A DNA stretch of 51,687 nucleotides, filler included, from Diploschistes diacapsis (lineage: Eukaryota): the NCBI GenBank assembly GCA_023645945.1. It is 3 parts of 3 records of this genome, joined end to end, with 100 filler letters (N's around TTAATTAATTAA, not from the genome) between each part and the next. Parts side by side here need not be neighbours in the genome. Positions count along the whole stretch, not along the records: positions 1 to 17,168 come from JALAIB010000464.1; 2 more parts are not named here. One strand, given 5' to 3'. Under the pieces are notes generated by a model, which worked only from the letters and a program-made list of their open reading frames with translations, was not told where the DNA came from and searched no databases. The position numbers and the translations under genes were made by a program. The first letter of the stretch is position 1. Each line of letters begins with the position of its first letter. Of the stretch, positions 1-12,523 are shown piece after piece.

Positions 1-154
1 GTAGATTAGGGAGAAGGTGGTGGAGTTGGGGGGAAAGGGGGGAAGAATGAGGATGGTTTCAGTTGCAATGCTGTTTTACTGGTACGGCTTTTGGTCCCCA
101 CGAAGAAGGGCCCATCGAACTTGTATGCTGTGGCCTGTCCCCACCAGACCTGCG

Positions 155-174
155 CTCTCTCTCTCTCTCTCTCT
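155..174. repeat. (CT)10 microsatellite
   Basis: Ten perfect CT units read directly. Confidence 0.95.
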
Positions 175-1430
175 CACTCTTCCACTTTATTCCTTCAGTA
201 GCTTGTGAGGTCGGGAACTATGCTGTCGAGCTTGAACGGGAAGGGAGAAGATGCAGGTGGGACGACGTGCGGCGCTGGAAGGGGTGGATAACGATGTGGG
301 GCTATGGCAACCAACGACCATCCGCGTTCCGCCCTACTTACTACTACCGTGACCTTCTGTGGAGGCTTCGACTAGAGAGATCCAGAGCAAGCGCATCCGT
401 GTATAGATAGCTCCTTCCCAGGCCTGGCGAAAAGGCGCACAACAACATGGATCTACGCTGTGAATGGGGGAGCGTACCGACAAGCACTTTCGTCAATAGA
501 AAACTAGAGAACGAAGAAAATATAATTTGCCAAAGATTAAAGCATTCATGAGATTAGATTGACTCGGCCGCAGAGGCCCCTGCTCTATGCTACGGGACCA
601 GTCGCAGTACCACGCACATAAAGGTATGTGCGGACCTGGGTAGACAAGGTACGGGCATAATAGGTTATGCAACGCCTATCTGTCCGAAATTGAGGAGGAA
701 GATGAGGTCGGCTGCAGGCGCCACGGAGTGGTATCCAATATCTGGGGTTGTTAAGGCTCGTAGCGAGTGAACTCGGATGCCCAAATCTCGATGCTCAAAG
801 GTTAAAATATCAAGGGTTAAGATATGTGCGAATGACGTTCGTCCGTGATGGACAGTCGTCGAGAGAAAGAAGAGAAAATTAAGCGTGACTATGTTAGGAG
901 AGTGCAGCATCGACTCCCTCCCCATCTGAAAATAAATTTTGTGTCATGGGCCTCGTGCCGCAAGATACAAAGAATGACAAGCAACGAGCAAATAGTAGAG
1001 CAAACCGATACGGTGCGCGGAAGTACCTTGGAAACCGTAACTGAAAACTGGCGACAAGAACGTTCCACGCAAATTATTGTTCTCGCCGCCAATGAGCAAG
1101 CACAACATCGAGTGCAATATTGCGCTTGGATCTTGTTGATGGATCATCTCCGCCTACAACTAGTGTAGAGGGAGAACTATTCCGAAATTGTTGGAAGGGG
1201 AAGCGCTAGTGCTGCACTCCAAAGAAACAGGAGGCCAAAACGGCAGCTGGCATCAAGTATGCAAAACTCTTAAGGCTAACTTCGACACAAGTGTTCCGTG
1301 TCATTTCCATTTTGCAAGACTGTAAGTCAAAGTCGGTTCACTCCGTAATTTTGGTGCATTCTGGAAGTAAACTGTGGTATCTCTGGCATAGGAGCTGGAA
1401 GCGCAGGACTGTAACAACCAGTAAGACGCC

Positions 1431-4400
1431 TCATTCAGTCTGAGACCTAGTCTCGTAAGCTTCCGAGAAGTCTTGTGTCATGTACTCGTCCTCGTCGAGT
1501 TCAGGAATGTAAACGTCGGCATCGATTCGGATCTGGGCCCTGTCGGCCTCCCGTTTCGTGCTGCGCTCCAGCATCTTCCGGTCCAGCTTCATATGGTGGC
1601 GCATCTGTGCCGTGAGCGAGGGTGGCCGTCCATTCAAACCAACCTTGATAGCCATCAGCTCAACGCCGCACGCTATCCAGGGAAATTGGCCACGAAATCT
1701 GAAGTCATAGAGTACGCTCGCCTTGACAAGCGACCACGAGTCCTGCGTCGAAAAGGAAGTGCTTGGTCTGGAAGACTCTTCCACCCACCGGCGAACCAAG
1801 GTGCTCGTCGGAGGCTTTGAGGCGAGGGTACCACTCCAGGGCTGAATCTGCAAGAACATGGCCCGTATCTGGCTCGCATACGCGGCAAAGGTTACTTCGT
1901 TTTTTTTGCGAAGTCCGTTGTTAATATTCCAGTAGTCATGTAATTCACCCAGCTGTGTTTTGAGACCTACTAGGACGGCTCGTAAATCGGGATCACCTTG
2001 TGCTGCGTTCTCTTCTGTCTTCGCTACCTGGACGAGATCCATTTCCTTTTCTGGGACATCCTTCAGAGGTTGTTCGAAATCACGCAGTGTCTTCTGCCGT
2101 GTCTGTTTTGCATGCACAAGTACGAGTTGGTCTATGATGTGTCTGCTTGCTGGCACCCTTCCTTGCTCCTTGTAGGCTGGCTTAGGGGTGATTTTTGGTA
2201 GTCGATTTCGAGTTTTGTAAGTCTCCCAGTGCTGCTCTCTAAAAGTGTAGCCATTCTTAGCGGTGTCTACAAGATAGCCTAGAAGCTGGCCTATTTCGAC
2301 TGCAAGAGGCTCGGCCATTGAGCCAGATTTTCGGTTTTTTAACAGATCGTAACAATATCCTTCATGATAAGACGTGCACATTCCCAATAAGGACTTTCTC
2401 ATACTAAACAGAAATCCTTTACGAAGGAAGCTAGCAAAGAAGTCCTTGTCTGTTAGCATGTCTTCGATGGTTGTAGTGTCCTTCGTTATGCCGTAAAATT
2501 CTGGCGACTTCTGGCGAGGCATGTCGTAGTTTCGAAAATTGTTCACGATCTCTGGATCCCAGCAGACCCAGGCCCGGTCACCGTCAAAGTCGCCTCTAGG
2601 AACCCATTAACAACGACCAAATTAAGGGTTGCCAAGCAGAGAGGTCTTACCCCGAGAGCTTCTCAGCTAAAGAGAACTTGCCCTTGGTTGGAAAAACTAT
2701 CACATCCTTAAGTTTTGCGAGCTCACGATGGAACACAGCCTTGACCTGCTACAAATTAGACATACAACTCCAAAACAAGATCTTCAATGCAAACCTTGTG
2801 GATATCAGAAGGTAAAGCGGCAGGCAATCGAGCTATAAGGACATCACAATTATCCACCATGGTGTCATAAAACTTAGACTTCGAATCCATGAAGGTCGAG
2901 GAAAATCCTAGATGAATCTCGTCCTCTTCCAGAACGCCCAGAAAATCGGGAACCATAAAAGCAAAAGTAGATTGTCCAATTTCAATATGCACTCGTTCTT
3001 CCAAGCGCGTACAATAGTCTCCAATGGCTTTCCTGCAGAGATCTTTTAGGAACATACAAGATCTTGGATCAAACCCACTCTCTGTCAAGGCATTGATCTG
3101 TTCAGATGTCGATTTAGGCAGCCCACCTTCTTGAGGAACACAGCCTTCTTGGATACGAAAATTCATAACCGGATTGTTCACCTGATTCCAATCCCTCAAT
3201 CGCAAAGGATCTTGCATGGAACTAACAAGATGAGCTGCCTTTTCCTCCAAGTCCGCAACAAGGCGTTTAATGAATACGCTACCTTGTACGCCACGATCAA
3301 TCAGTATCGGCATCAGCTGAAAATTCATGGCTGCTGCTTTGAGTGGACCCGACTTCGCCTGGACCTCGAAAGTGAGCCTATGATTATCCGGATGAATATT
3401 ATCATTGTTGTGGCCTTTAAATTTGAGTTGCGAATCGGCAATCTCGATCCACGTCTCTTCACCCTGAAGTGTCTCGCCAAGTGTGTCGACAATCCAGAGA
3501 CCCTTGGCCCCTCCGATCCGAGCTTGGAAGGCACTCGGAACATGATCCAGTATCCCAAGCTTCACTGCGATGTCTCTTGCCGCTTTTTGCGATATCCTTG
3601 CACAACCATCGCTCATGTTCCTTCCGGGAAGACCTTTGGCCGTGCCCGCAAGCTTTTGCTCCCAACGTTGGATGTCCAAGTAACGTGTTCCCGCCATCTC
3701 TGAATACGCATCATCACAGCGAACAATTTGGTTTGGGTGGAAAATAATGGTCGGAGTGGTGCTGCTGACAGCGAGTTGCAACCTTGCAAACAGCTTCAGC
3801 GCTGATGAGTCTTGGTTGTTTTTGAATGGAAGAAACCATTTGACCATGTCTTCGACGGCAAGCTGTGGGTGAACATCAGGACTGCATCCTGGAGGATGGA
3901 ATCCATACCCATCGACTGCGAAGAGATAAACACGCCATTGTCCTGACGTGTCTTTAGCGGCTTTGCCCTGCCGAAGGGTGGGTCGTGGTTTGACGTAGAA
4001 GGCACGCCATTCCCGACCGAGGAGATAGTGTGGACTATCGACGAGCCATTCGATGATGGCTTCTCTGGCCTCTTCTGCATTGCCCGGAATATGCTTGGGG
4101 AGGTCTTTAGTATCCAATGACGGAACGTTAAGGATCATGAATCGATCAAAGCCAAAATGACGAGCTAAGCGATACGAGTCCTCGAGGGCAAGAGGATGGA
4201 TTCGTAAGTTGAACAGGGGTTGCTTTGGCGATTCGGAGAACCGTAACTCGGCTTTGAAGGCTACGCGATCATATGTGTCTACTGCTGCATGCCAGGCTGC
4301 TGGCTGTGACCGCTCCGGGACCGAGCTGGAATTCTTGTTCGGAAAACTTATCAACGCTGACCACAAGCATTCATACTCTTCAAGTTGAATCGATTGCACC

Positions 4401-5842
4401 AAGTCGACATGCTTGTACAAGTGCGTGGCGGGTGTTTTGTAGTGCAAAGATAGTCTACTAATTTCGTAGACGAGACGCAGTGGAACATTTGGCGGGGTTC
4501 TATCAAGATACTGAGCTAGCTAGCGTTAGCTGATAAATCCATCGCTGGGAATTTACAGACCTAGCGGGCTTTGCTCTGCGAGTTGCTTCCGAAGCCTCTC
4601 TTTAGATGGTAGGCCATTCAACTTGGGCTGCGGTCTTATAAGAGTAATTGCTCCGTGTAAGGGCTGAAGGAACGTAGGCTGCTCCGCAATTGCTAAGTTG
4701 GGCTCGAGAAAGGCGGCACCACACTCTCCAGTTGGCGATTCGGGTCTACGACCGAAACTGTCCTCCTCCCGGCCATTGCCTTGATAACTCCAATTGCCAA
4801 AGGAAGTCATCGTCGTATCGGTCTTGAACGAGGTGTTGGCGCTCATCTTGGCATATGACGTGTCGGAAGCCGAGTTTGTTGTGAAACTGTCGTATAATCG
4901 TAGGTGATCGGCCAGCTCTGCAGGTTGCCAGCGTAGTGAAGGTAAAGACAAGTCAGGGGCGCATTGCATACTCCGTTTCCGTGAAGCAACTTCATCCCTC
5001 GATACCGTAGATTCGCGCTTGCGAGTAACTCCCGAGAAGCTTGCATATCGTGGTGTTTGATCTGCCATCTGGGTTGGCCGCGCTTTCATTGGCGATTGGG
5101 GAGGTGTTACAAACGTCTCTTCGGCGTCGGTCATGGTTTGATCTTCGCCGGATCCTGCCGTTTCCGTCCTGTGCAACAGCGAAGCCTCAATTTGCTGGGG
5201 TCCGGACGGTCCGACCTGGGGTATATCCAGATCACGAAGATCATTATCCATGGATGATCCTACAAGGTTCGAAACATCGGAGCTTAGAAGAAAGGGCTGC
5301 ATCTCTGGGAATTTTTGCACTTCTTGCGAGAGACGCAATGGGAGTGGTTGATGATTATAGGAAGCGAAATCTGGATGAAATTAACGATACTTGCAGACGA
5401 GAACAAGGTCCAAGGTTGTATACGTACAACGATCCTTAGCATTTTGTAGCTTGGCACGCAGAAGCGATCTCAGCTCCCGTGCCCCTTCCGCAGGTATCGC
5501 AGCGGGTATTGCACCATTACTTAGACTACCCTCTCGTGAGAAGGGCTTCCTTCTCTTCGGTAAGAGATCGTTGTCAGCGCAAGGCTTCAGGACCCAACCC
5601 GAACGAACCTGCCTGGCTTCTCTCTCGAATTCGGATATCACATTGTCCAGTAGATTCTTGTCGTTTCGGTCGAGGAATTGGGCGAGCGTGAATATCGCAC
5701 GCTCATCAGAGGTCTGCGGAGAAAGGTTACCGTGCGCTCTTATGAGGCCTAGACCATGCTCAAGGTTCAACTTGGCGATGGCTCGATCGATTCCTCTCCC
5801 ACCCCGTGAGGGATCTGGCTGACCCAGTCTAGTACCGTTCAT
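1431..5842 (-). CDS. qde-1: RNA-dependent RNA polymerase, QDE-1-like (eukaryotic RNA-silencing RdRP), about 1401 aa, 5 exons
   Basis: Exons 5842-5428, 5370-4561, 4515-2795, 2745-2651 and 2595-1431 sum to 4206 nt in frame; all introns are GT..AG. Motifs: SDGCARIS, PSAFQARIGGAKGLW, ARLPAALPSDIHKVKAV, DVIVFPTKG and catalytic LSGGDFDGDRAWVCWDP. The long low-complexity N-terminus and size resemble Neurospora QDE-1. The RdRP call is firm; qde-1 orthology is an inference. Confidence 0.9.
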
Positions 5843-6578
5843 CTCGAGAGCAGCACACTTTCTGGACCGAGTCAAGACAAAGTTTTGGCCCAGATTTCGG
5901 TTATAATGAGAGCAAGATGTGCTTAGATTGTCACATCCGTGGGTGAGCCTCAAATCTCGGAGTGTAGTCGATCAATATTGACCGGCAAAGCTCGGGTCAG
6001 CGAGTCAACAAAGATTTAGAGCAAGCTAACAAGCTATGCTGCAACAGGGAAATGAGGGTGTAGTAGTTGCTGAGCCGATGCCTCATGTAGCAGATCAAGA
6101 AGAAGGAACAAGAGCAAAGTTGGGGACGAATCGCCAATGAAGCGTGGAGCAACAAACGCTCATAACCAAAATATCAACATAGACAAGAAGGAGATGGAAG
6201 GATTATAGTTCAGACATTGAGCGGTTCGCTCTACCGACGATGCCGACAGAGCAAAGCCGCAATCGCAAAGCCGCACGTCAACAACTGTCCTGCGGCTATG
6301 CGAGTGTGCTTTGTACAGAGGGGATGCAAATGTAAACGCCGGCTTTTGCCCCTCTAACGAGCGATTTCACATCATGGATGTGCAAGCAGAGGGTGAGACC
6401 ACCTTTCCCAGGTTGTGGTCTCAGGTAGGAGGTAGAAGGGATGCTTTGCTGTACCTGCAAGCTTCTCCTCCCCCCCCCCTTTGCAGTGATAGGCCAAGCG
6501 TTAGGTCAAAACCAGTTAGACCGACACTTCTTTCCACCTAGCGTTCTTTTTAGGGTGACATGGCTTGGCAGGGCAGAG

Positions 6579-6611
6579 ACACATACACACACGCACACAC
6601 ACACACACACA
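6579..6611. repeat. Imperfect (AC)n microsatellite
   Basis: AC run with two interruptions read directly. Confidence 0.9.
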
Positions 6612-7177
6612 ACGACGATGTTCGCTACCAGAACCAGGCTGAATACTAACCACGGCCCATACAAGGAGTCGCTAATAGGATGCATCCAGTCATCTCTTTG
6701 GACATTATACCTGCTATACAGGGTCATGCTGATCTCTCGAGAGCTGGCAAGAGACAAGTAGGTCGATGGGTACGATAAGCCTAGAAAATATATCAGCTGG
6801 CCAGACAGCCTCAAATACAGTCTCCGTTTCCGTCCAGCTGTCAGCACTTCGCTCTTAAATGGAATCGGTCCTATTCCACATTCATGGCGATGTAAAGATT
6901 CACTGGCGTTTATATGTCAAAAGATGAACAAGGCTAGAGGAGAGGCTGCATATAAACTGGCCCTGCTAACACCCAAACACTGAGCCTGCAGAATAGTAAG
7001 CTTCAATCTGCTACATTTATTGCCTAATTCGGCTTATTATGCGAGCCTGGGGACAACTTCGGCTATGAAGTACGCACAAGGTTAGCTCTAAAGATGGAGA
7101 TAGTTACTATACAAAAGAGCTGTATTCCAAACGCTCCACGTCTGCTAGCCCAAGAAAATCGATCAAATGCAGTGTGA

Positions 7178-8028
7178 CTAGTCTCTAAGCCAAGCCCTTC
7201 GCTTTTCCTCCTTCTTTTCTTTTCGTTTCTCCTTGAATGCTTTTAGCTCCTGCTTGCTGATTTTCTTGGCGCTTCTCTCAGCCTTTAGGCTCTTGCCTTG
7301 ATGGCTATTTGCGGCCGCATCGACATCGAAGAATGCGTTCATCTGCCTCTTGCTCTTATTCTCGTCGTTGTAGTTCTCCGGCCGTACAGCTGAGGCCTGC
7401 CATTTGCCAGTAAAGCGATTGAAATGTCCGGTGGCTGAGTAATCCGGGGCTCTTCCTGCGACATGGCTGGCTGCTGCCTGTGTGGCCTCCTCTTGCTGCC
7501 GAGCTTCGATCGCATACGATGCATTCGGGTCGTAGTCTCCATGAACTGCGGGATCATATCCCCCATGTGGTCGCTTCATTGACTTGTCTGCCTCTTCCTC
7601 TGCGCCGGATACCCCTGGCTCTTGCTGGGTATTTTTGGGTATGCGAGGATTCTCCCATTGGGTAAGACCAGTGAAGCGGTTGTAGAAATAGTACGCCTGG
7701 GCAGCGGCGTCCCAAACAGGCTCCCATCCGTCGTCGCTCTGCTGTACGGGAGGTGGAGCTTCGTTTGGCAGTGGAGGCGGAAGCTCTTCGGAGGGGAGTG
7801 GAGGATCCCCTTGCTCTGATGAAGGGTCAGAGGTGTGGCTTGTTGACTCTACAGATTCTTGTCGCGTGTCCTTCTCATTGCCCTGCCCATCCGCTTACGG
7901 AAATTAGCATAGAGTAAGAGATACATATTGAAAGCTTCCTTCTCACCAGGACCGCGCTCCGATTCAAGCGCAGCCTTAGCAGCTGGGGAATCTGCCCAAA
8001 GATTCTTATCTAGCTGTTCAGAGCTCAT
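7178..8028 (-). CDS. Conserved fungal WW-domain protein, 2 exons
   Basis: ATG at 8028 (MSSEQLDK). Intron about 7946-7894 (GTGAGA..GCTAAT..AAG) joins a frame reading PPLPSEELPPPLPNEAPP-DDGWEPVWDAAAQAYYFYNRFTGLTQWENP (WW domain). That frame continues into ORF 7178-7579 with a basic C-terminus (KEKKEEKRRAWLRD). Confidence 0.85.
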
Positions 8029-8782
8029 TTTGGTTTTTGGTCTCAACTTCCCTTGTCCTAGACTCTGTATATGAGTATGAGGATTTTTAAGCGTCACTTA
8101 TCGATGAAGCTGATGAAATCTCTTCCGACAACAACTATGGCTGAAAACCAGAGATCTGCGATCAGATGGATATACATCTGTCCTACATTGAACAAGCTAG
8201 TCGCCCATATAATGACGAGTACGCATACTATAGTGATGTTGTCTGCGCAAGCGATGTGATGTTGAGATGTTTTGTGATGGACGATCTCAAATCTTTTGGA
8301 TAACGAATACGGACTTAAGACACAAGCTCCGCTAAGGTATAATGTAAGCGATACTAATCCGGTTTAAACGTATTCCGGTGTTGCTCCCACGATATCATCA
8401 GAGTATTACAGCGCAGAAGGCCGTCGATCCCCAATCAACGATTAGAACCGCTTTGAAGCTCATCTTCTCACCGATCGCAGCTACCTTGTATTATAGTCAC
8501 GATACAGTACTAGTATCTCCAAGTGCTCTTAGTTATCTTGTTCCCCCACGTTGAGGAGCATTTCTCACTTAAATAGCTGGGTTCTCTATGGATTCGTTCC
8601 ACATCTTACTCGTGTAACAAGCCCTCGCCATATACAGTACATTCAATATATTATTTTCTACCTCTTTGTGCCAATCTTTTCCCGTTGTACAAAGCACAGC
8701 CGAGCAGCAGTTATAGCAGGACCACCTAGCTTCAGAGAGAGCGAGCCTCATACTTTTCCACCGTGTTCGAAACACTGCCATC

Positions 8783-10430
8783 ATGGAGGCTATAAAGGAG
8801 GTAATAATGAACAAACAGTCCGAAGTGACCCTCTTTTCATCATCGGCCATTGCCCTCTATGGCTACGATCAAGGGATGATGAGCTTGATAAATACAAACC
8901 ACGACTACCTAGCAACAATGGGCATAAGCGAAGAAGACCCTCTTGTAGCAGTCATTGTATCCGTCTACTACCTAGGCTGTGCTGTTGGAGCTGTTCTCGC
9001 CGCTAGACTGGCCGACATAAAGGGACGAAAGCCAGGTATCGTTGGCTGCTTAGTGACCGCCATCTTGGGCAACTTCTTGATGTTCATTGCCGGTCTCGGA
9101 TACTCACAGGGTGCCATCGTCGTCATACTCATCGGACGGTTCGTGATGGGTCTGGGTGTGGGTGGCATAGATGTCGTAATTCCAGTGTATTCTTCCGAAC
9201 TCAACGAGGCAGGCGAGAGAGGGAAGGCCTTAGCTCAAGAGTTCCAAGCGAACATCTTGGGTCTTAATGTTGCTTTTGGGCTGAACCTCCTCGTCACTAG
9301 ACTGCTCGGAAAGTCCAATCAATGGGCATGGCGGATACCTATCATTGTCATGCAAATCTTCCCTCTGTTGCTTCTCAGCTTTATCTTCCGCCTACCGGAG
9401 AGCCCACGCTGGTTCATATCACAAGAGAAGGACAAAATGGCAAAAGGTGCCCTCGCTGAAATATACGATAAAGGCGAGGTTGATCGAGAGCTGGAGAAGC
9501 TCCAGAAAGGCAGGGCGGAAGAGTCTTCGAATAAGATCTCGTGGGGAGACATGTTGAGCATGCGGGGCAGTCAATTTCATCCAACGATGCTCACCGTTAT
9601 GGGCCAGGTGAACCAAGCTCTTACCGGGTTCGTAATGTTGTTTGTTTTTTGACAAGAGAGACTGACTCCATCTAGTTACGGATGTATCAGCGTGTACGGA
9701 CCTCAGACATTCGAGCTCCTGGGCTTTGAGGTCATCGACGCAGAGTACATTACGCTTGGAAACTACGTCTTCTACTTGTTGATGATGACCTTTGCATGGA
9801 TGACCATTGACATCTATGGTCGACGAAAGCTTATGGTCTGGGGCTCTGGAACGCTCATCGTATCTTTCCTTCTCCTGACAGTATTCGGAGGTATGGTCAT
9901 GGAGGAGTCAATCCACGTTCCTACCCTATCAGTCGCAGTCCCGGGGGTGATCGTTCTTTACATCGCAACTTCCGCCTTCGGCATCGGCTGGCTTTCCCAG
10001 CCATGGTTAATCCCCACCGAAATTTACCCATCCAGCGCCCGAGCACAAGGCGCCGCGATCTCGGTCGTCATCTGGGGCTTCGCCAACTTCGCTGTCACAT
10101 TCCTTTCCCCGCTCCTGTTTAACAGCCTGAACTACTGGATCTTCCTTATCTTTGCGGCAACTAATGTCTTCGCCGGCGTGTGGACCTGGGTATGTTCCTC
10201 CCTTTCTTTGTTAGCAAACCCTATGAATTCAGGCTAACACGGCGGTGCTAAAGCTATACTCGCCCGAAACGGGAGGTCGGAGCTTCGAAGAGAATGCTCA
10301 ATTCTTCACGGACGCAAAGGAGCACAACACCTGGCAGGTGCACAAGGTCAACAATAGCGAGTTTGTGGGTATGCCGAGCGGGAAGGAAGATGCCGAGGGC
10401 GAGAGGCAGCCGTTGTTGGGCGGGCAGTGA
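8783..10430 (+). CDS. MFS sugar porter family transporter, 3 exons
   Basis: Sugar-porter motifs YGYDQG, DIKGRK, LPESPRW, DIYGRR, PTEIYP and PETGG. Introns 9628-9675 and 10190-10253 join ORFs 8783, 9692 and 10245 in frame. Confidence 0.93.
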
Positions 10431-11322
10431 CGTTGAGGGGCGGGACTTTATTGTGGTGCAATTTGGGCATTGGGGCACTGTGGCACTATGCGGTACAAAC
10501 TGAAGCAGTATTTATGGATATGTGTGGATAGCATCGATATTGATTATTTGGATAGTTGTTGATAGTGGGAGACGATAGATGAGGGTCAAAATAAGACCAT
10601 ATCACCAGTGCACAACAATCCCAAGGCCAGAGACGAGGATTACCTTGGTATAGCTACGAAGGTATCCATTGATGACAACGGGAATCTACATGGTCAGCAT
10701 CAGGCGAGGCTGTGTTTTCGTTTCATTCTATCAGTGGCCAAACAATCAAGTACCAAATAAGCGGTTCAACAAGCAACGTAGCGCAGCGCGATCTCTCCCC
10801 CATCAACCCCTTCCCTATCCAAAAGCAATCCAAACACTCCAGCACTCCCGGCGTTTTCTTCCTATTCTTCATCCGCTCATCCACGCTTTCCAACTAAGAC
10901 AAATTAACGAGCACTCACCAAACACCAAGGCGAACGGAAACAACCACAACGTCCAAGAGCCCCATCACCCACGAGCTACGCAACTCCACCTCCAAAACAA
11001 GCATTCTGAAAACCCACTCCCTCCCCCACCTTTGCTCCAGGCACACGTTGCCCTCATCAAGCACATCATTTCCCTTCATCAGTCAGACAGACGCCCAGTC
11101 GATGAACAACCAGTCAGTCGGTCACTCGGCGGTCAGAAACCCCAAAGGATTTCCAAGGAAGCCAAACAAAGAGCCCATAGGAGCCCATCCGATCGTCAGA
11201 TCCAGCTACAGCCCGTCTGGTTGTCCCAGCGTAGGAGCGCAGGCAGACCGACCGAACAGCAAGCATCTCAAGCACAGGCATGGACCTAGACGCAGCCCCA
11301 GCCCCAGCCCCAGTCCCACAGC

Positions 11323-12523
11323 TTAGAGCAGCATGTCAAGCGCATGCCACCCATCAAACGCCAGCACCTTATCGCTCGCCTTGGCCGGAGCATCGTGACC
11401 GTGGCGGGAACCGTACGCATCATAGCCCGCCAGGCCCGCGTCCAGAGTGAAGTTGGAGTCCAAGTCCCAGTCGACCTCTTCTTCGAGCGTAGCGAGCATG
11501 GCTGCCGTGATATGCGGGTGAGAGGCGAAGGCGGCGGCTAGGCTCTTATTGCTGTTGTTGTTCTTCTTGTTCGCAGTCTTGTTCATCCTTTTGTTTTGGT
11601 TGGTCGTGGTAGTAGCGCCGTGAGCGGGCTTGGTGACTTTGTTGGCGGCGCCGGTGTTCGCAGCGGTGACGGGGTGGAGGGGGAGGGAGAAGGTGTTTCC
11701 TGGAGCAGCGTTCTTGGAGATCGAGGTCTTGTTGTTGTTGTTGTTGGTGGCTTGGCGGAGCGGGAGGGCGAAGGTGCCTCCTGGAACGGCTTTCGTGGGG
11801 ACCTGGGTCTTCTTGGTGAGCTTAGTGTTCTGTGCGCGCTTCACGGCAAGTTCGGCGGCGTGGCGGGCGTTGAATTCTTTTTCGAGGGCTTGGAGGCGCT
11901 CGACTGTTCGAGAGAGAGAAGAAGCTGGTTAGCTGATGCTCAGTGCTCGTTGATGGAGAGGTGGGAACAGAGTTGGAGATGGGATGGTACTTACTCCTCT
12001 CAGACTTCATCTCTTCCTCCCTGTGCTGAGCCCAGCACCAGTCTCTATCATGCTCATAAGCGAACTTCAGGTTCTCCGCCTCGCTAAGCTCTTCCTTCGC
12101 ATTGCTCACCATCCACTCCCTCTTTTGCATCTCCTGGATGTTTTCAGGCGTGTTGGCGTCTTTAGCACGCTGAGATGCATCTTTATACTTGATTTTGGCG
12201 TCATCAAGCAGCTCCTCCAGTAATTGAACTTCGTTCTCAAGATCGTCGATTTCGTCATCGTGCTCGAAGGAGTCGTCGATTAGCTCCACCTGCCTGTCGC
12301 GGGAGGCGGAGAGGATGGACTCGAGGTTTGGGAGGTTGTCGGTGCCGACGACGGCTTTGAAATACGAGAGCTGAGAATGGAGCTCGAAGGCCGTGAGAGA
12401 GGAAGGAATGGCGGTGGAGACGTTGGGGAAGATGGAGCAGTCCGAGTCAGCCATTGAGCTTGAGTTGGAAGGGGTGGTGCCCCCAGCGATGATGGCAGAA
12501 ATGAGAGGACCAACGATGACCAT
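11323..12523 (-). CDS. Hypothetical protein (acidic coiled-coil middle, K/N/T-rich low-complexity C-terminus), 2 exons
   Basis: ORF 11822-12523 joins the frame of ORF 11323-11844 through intron 11994-11904 (GTAAGT..GCTAAC..CAG, phase-consistent: A+TC=Ile). No family recognised; the start could be a later Met. Confidence 0.65.

Noticed and set aside
17..1168. Short ORFs at the window start (e.g. 845-1168 +, 665-925 -)
   Set aside because: No recognisable motifs or consistent splice model; probably UTR or intergenic DNA of a gene outside the window.
6549..6560. TTAGGGTGACA as a telomerase RNA template or telomeric seed
   Set aside because: Only one TTAGGG and no 1.5-repeat template; no other telomerase RNA elements identified.
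10669..11289. 206-aa plus-strand ORF
   Set aside because: Low-complexity H/P/Q composition expected from the antisense of the G/T-rich 3' region of the convergent gene; no motifs.
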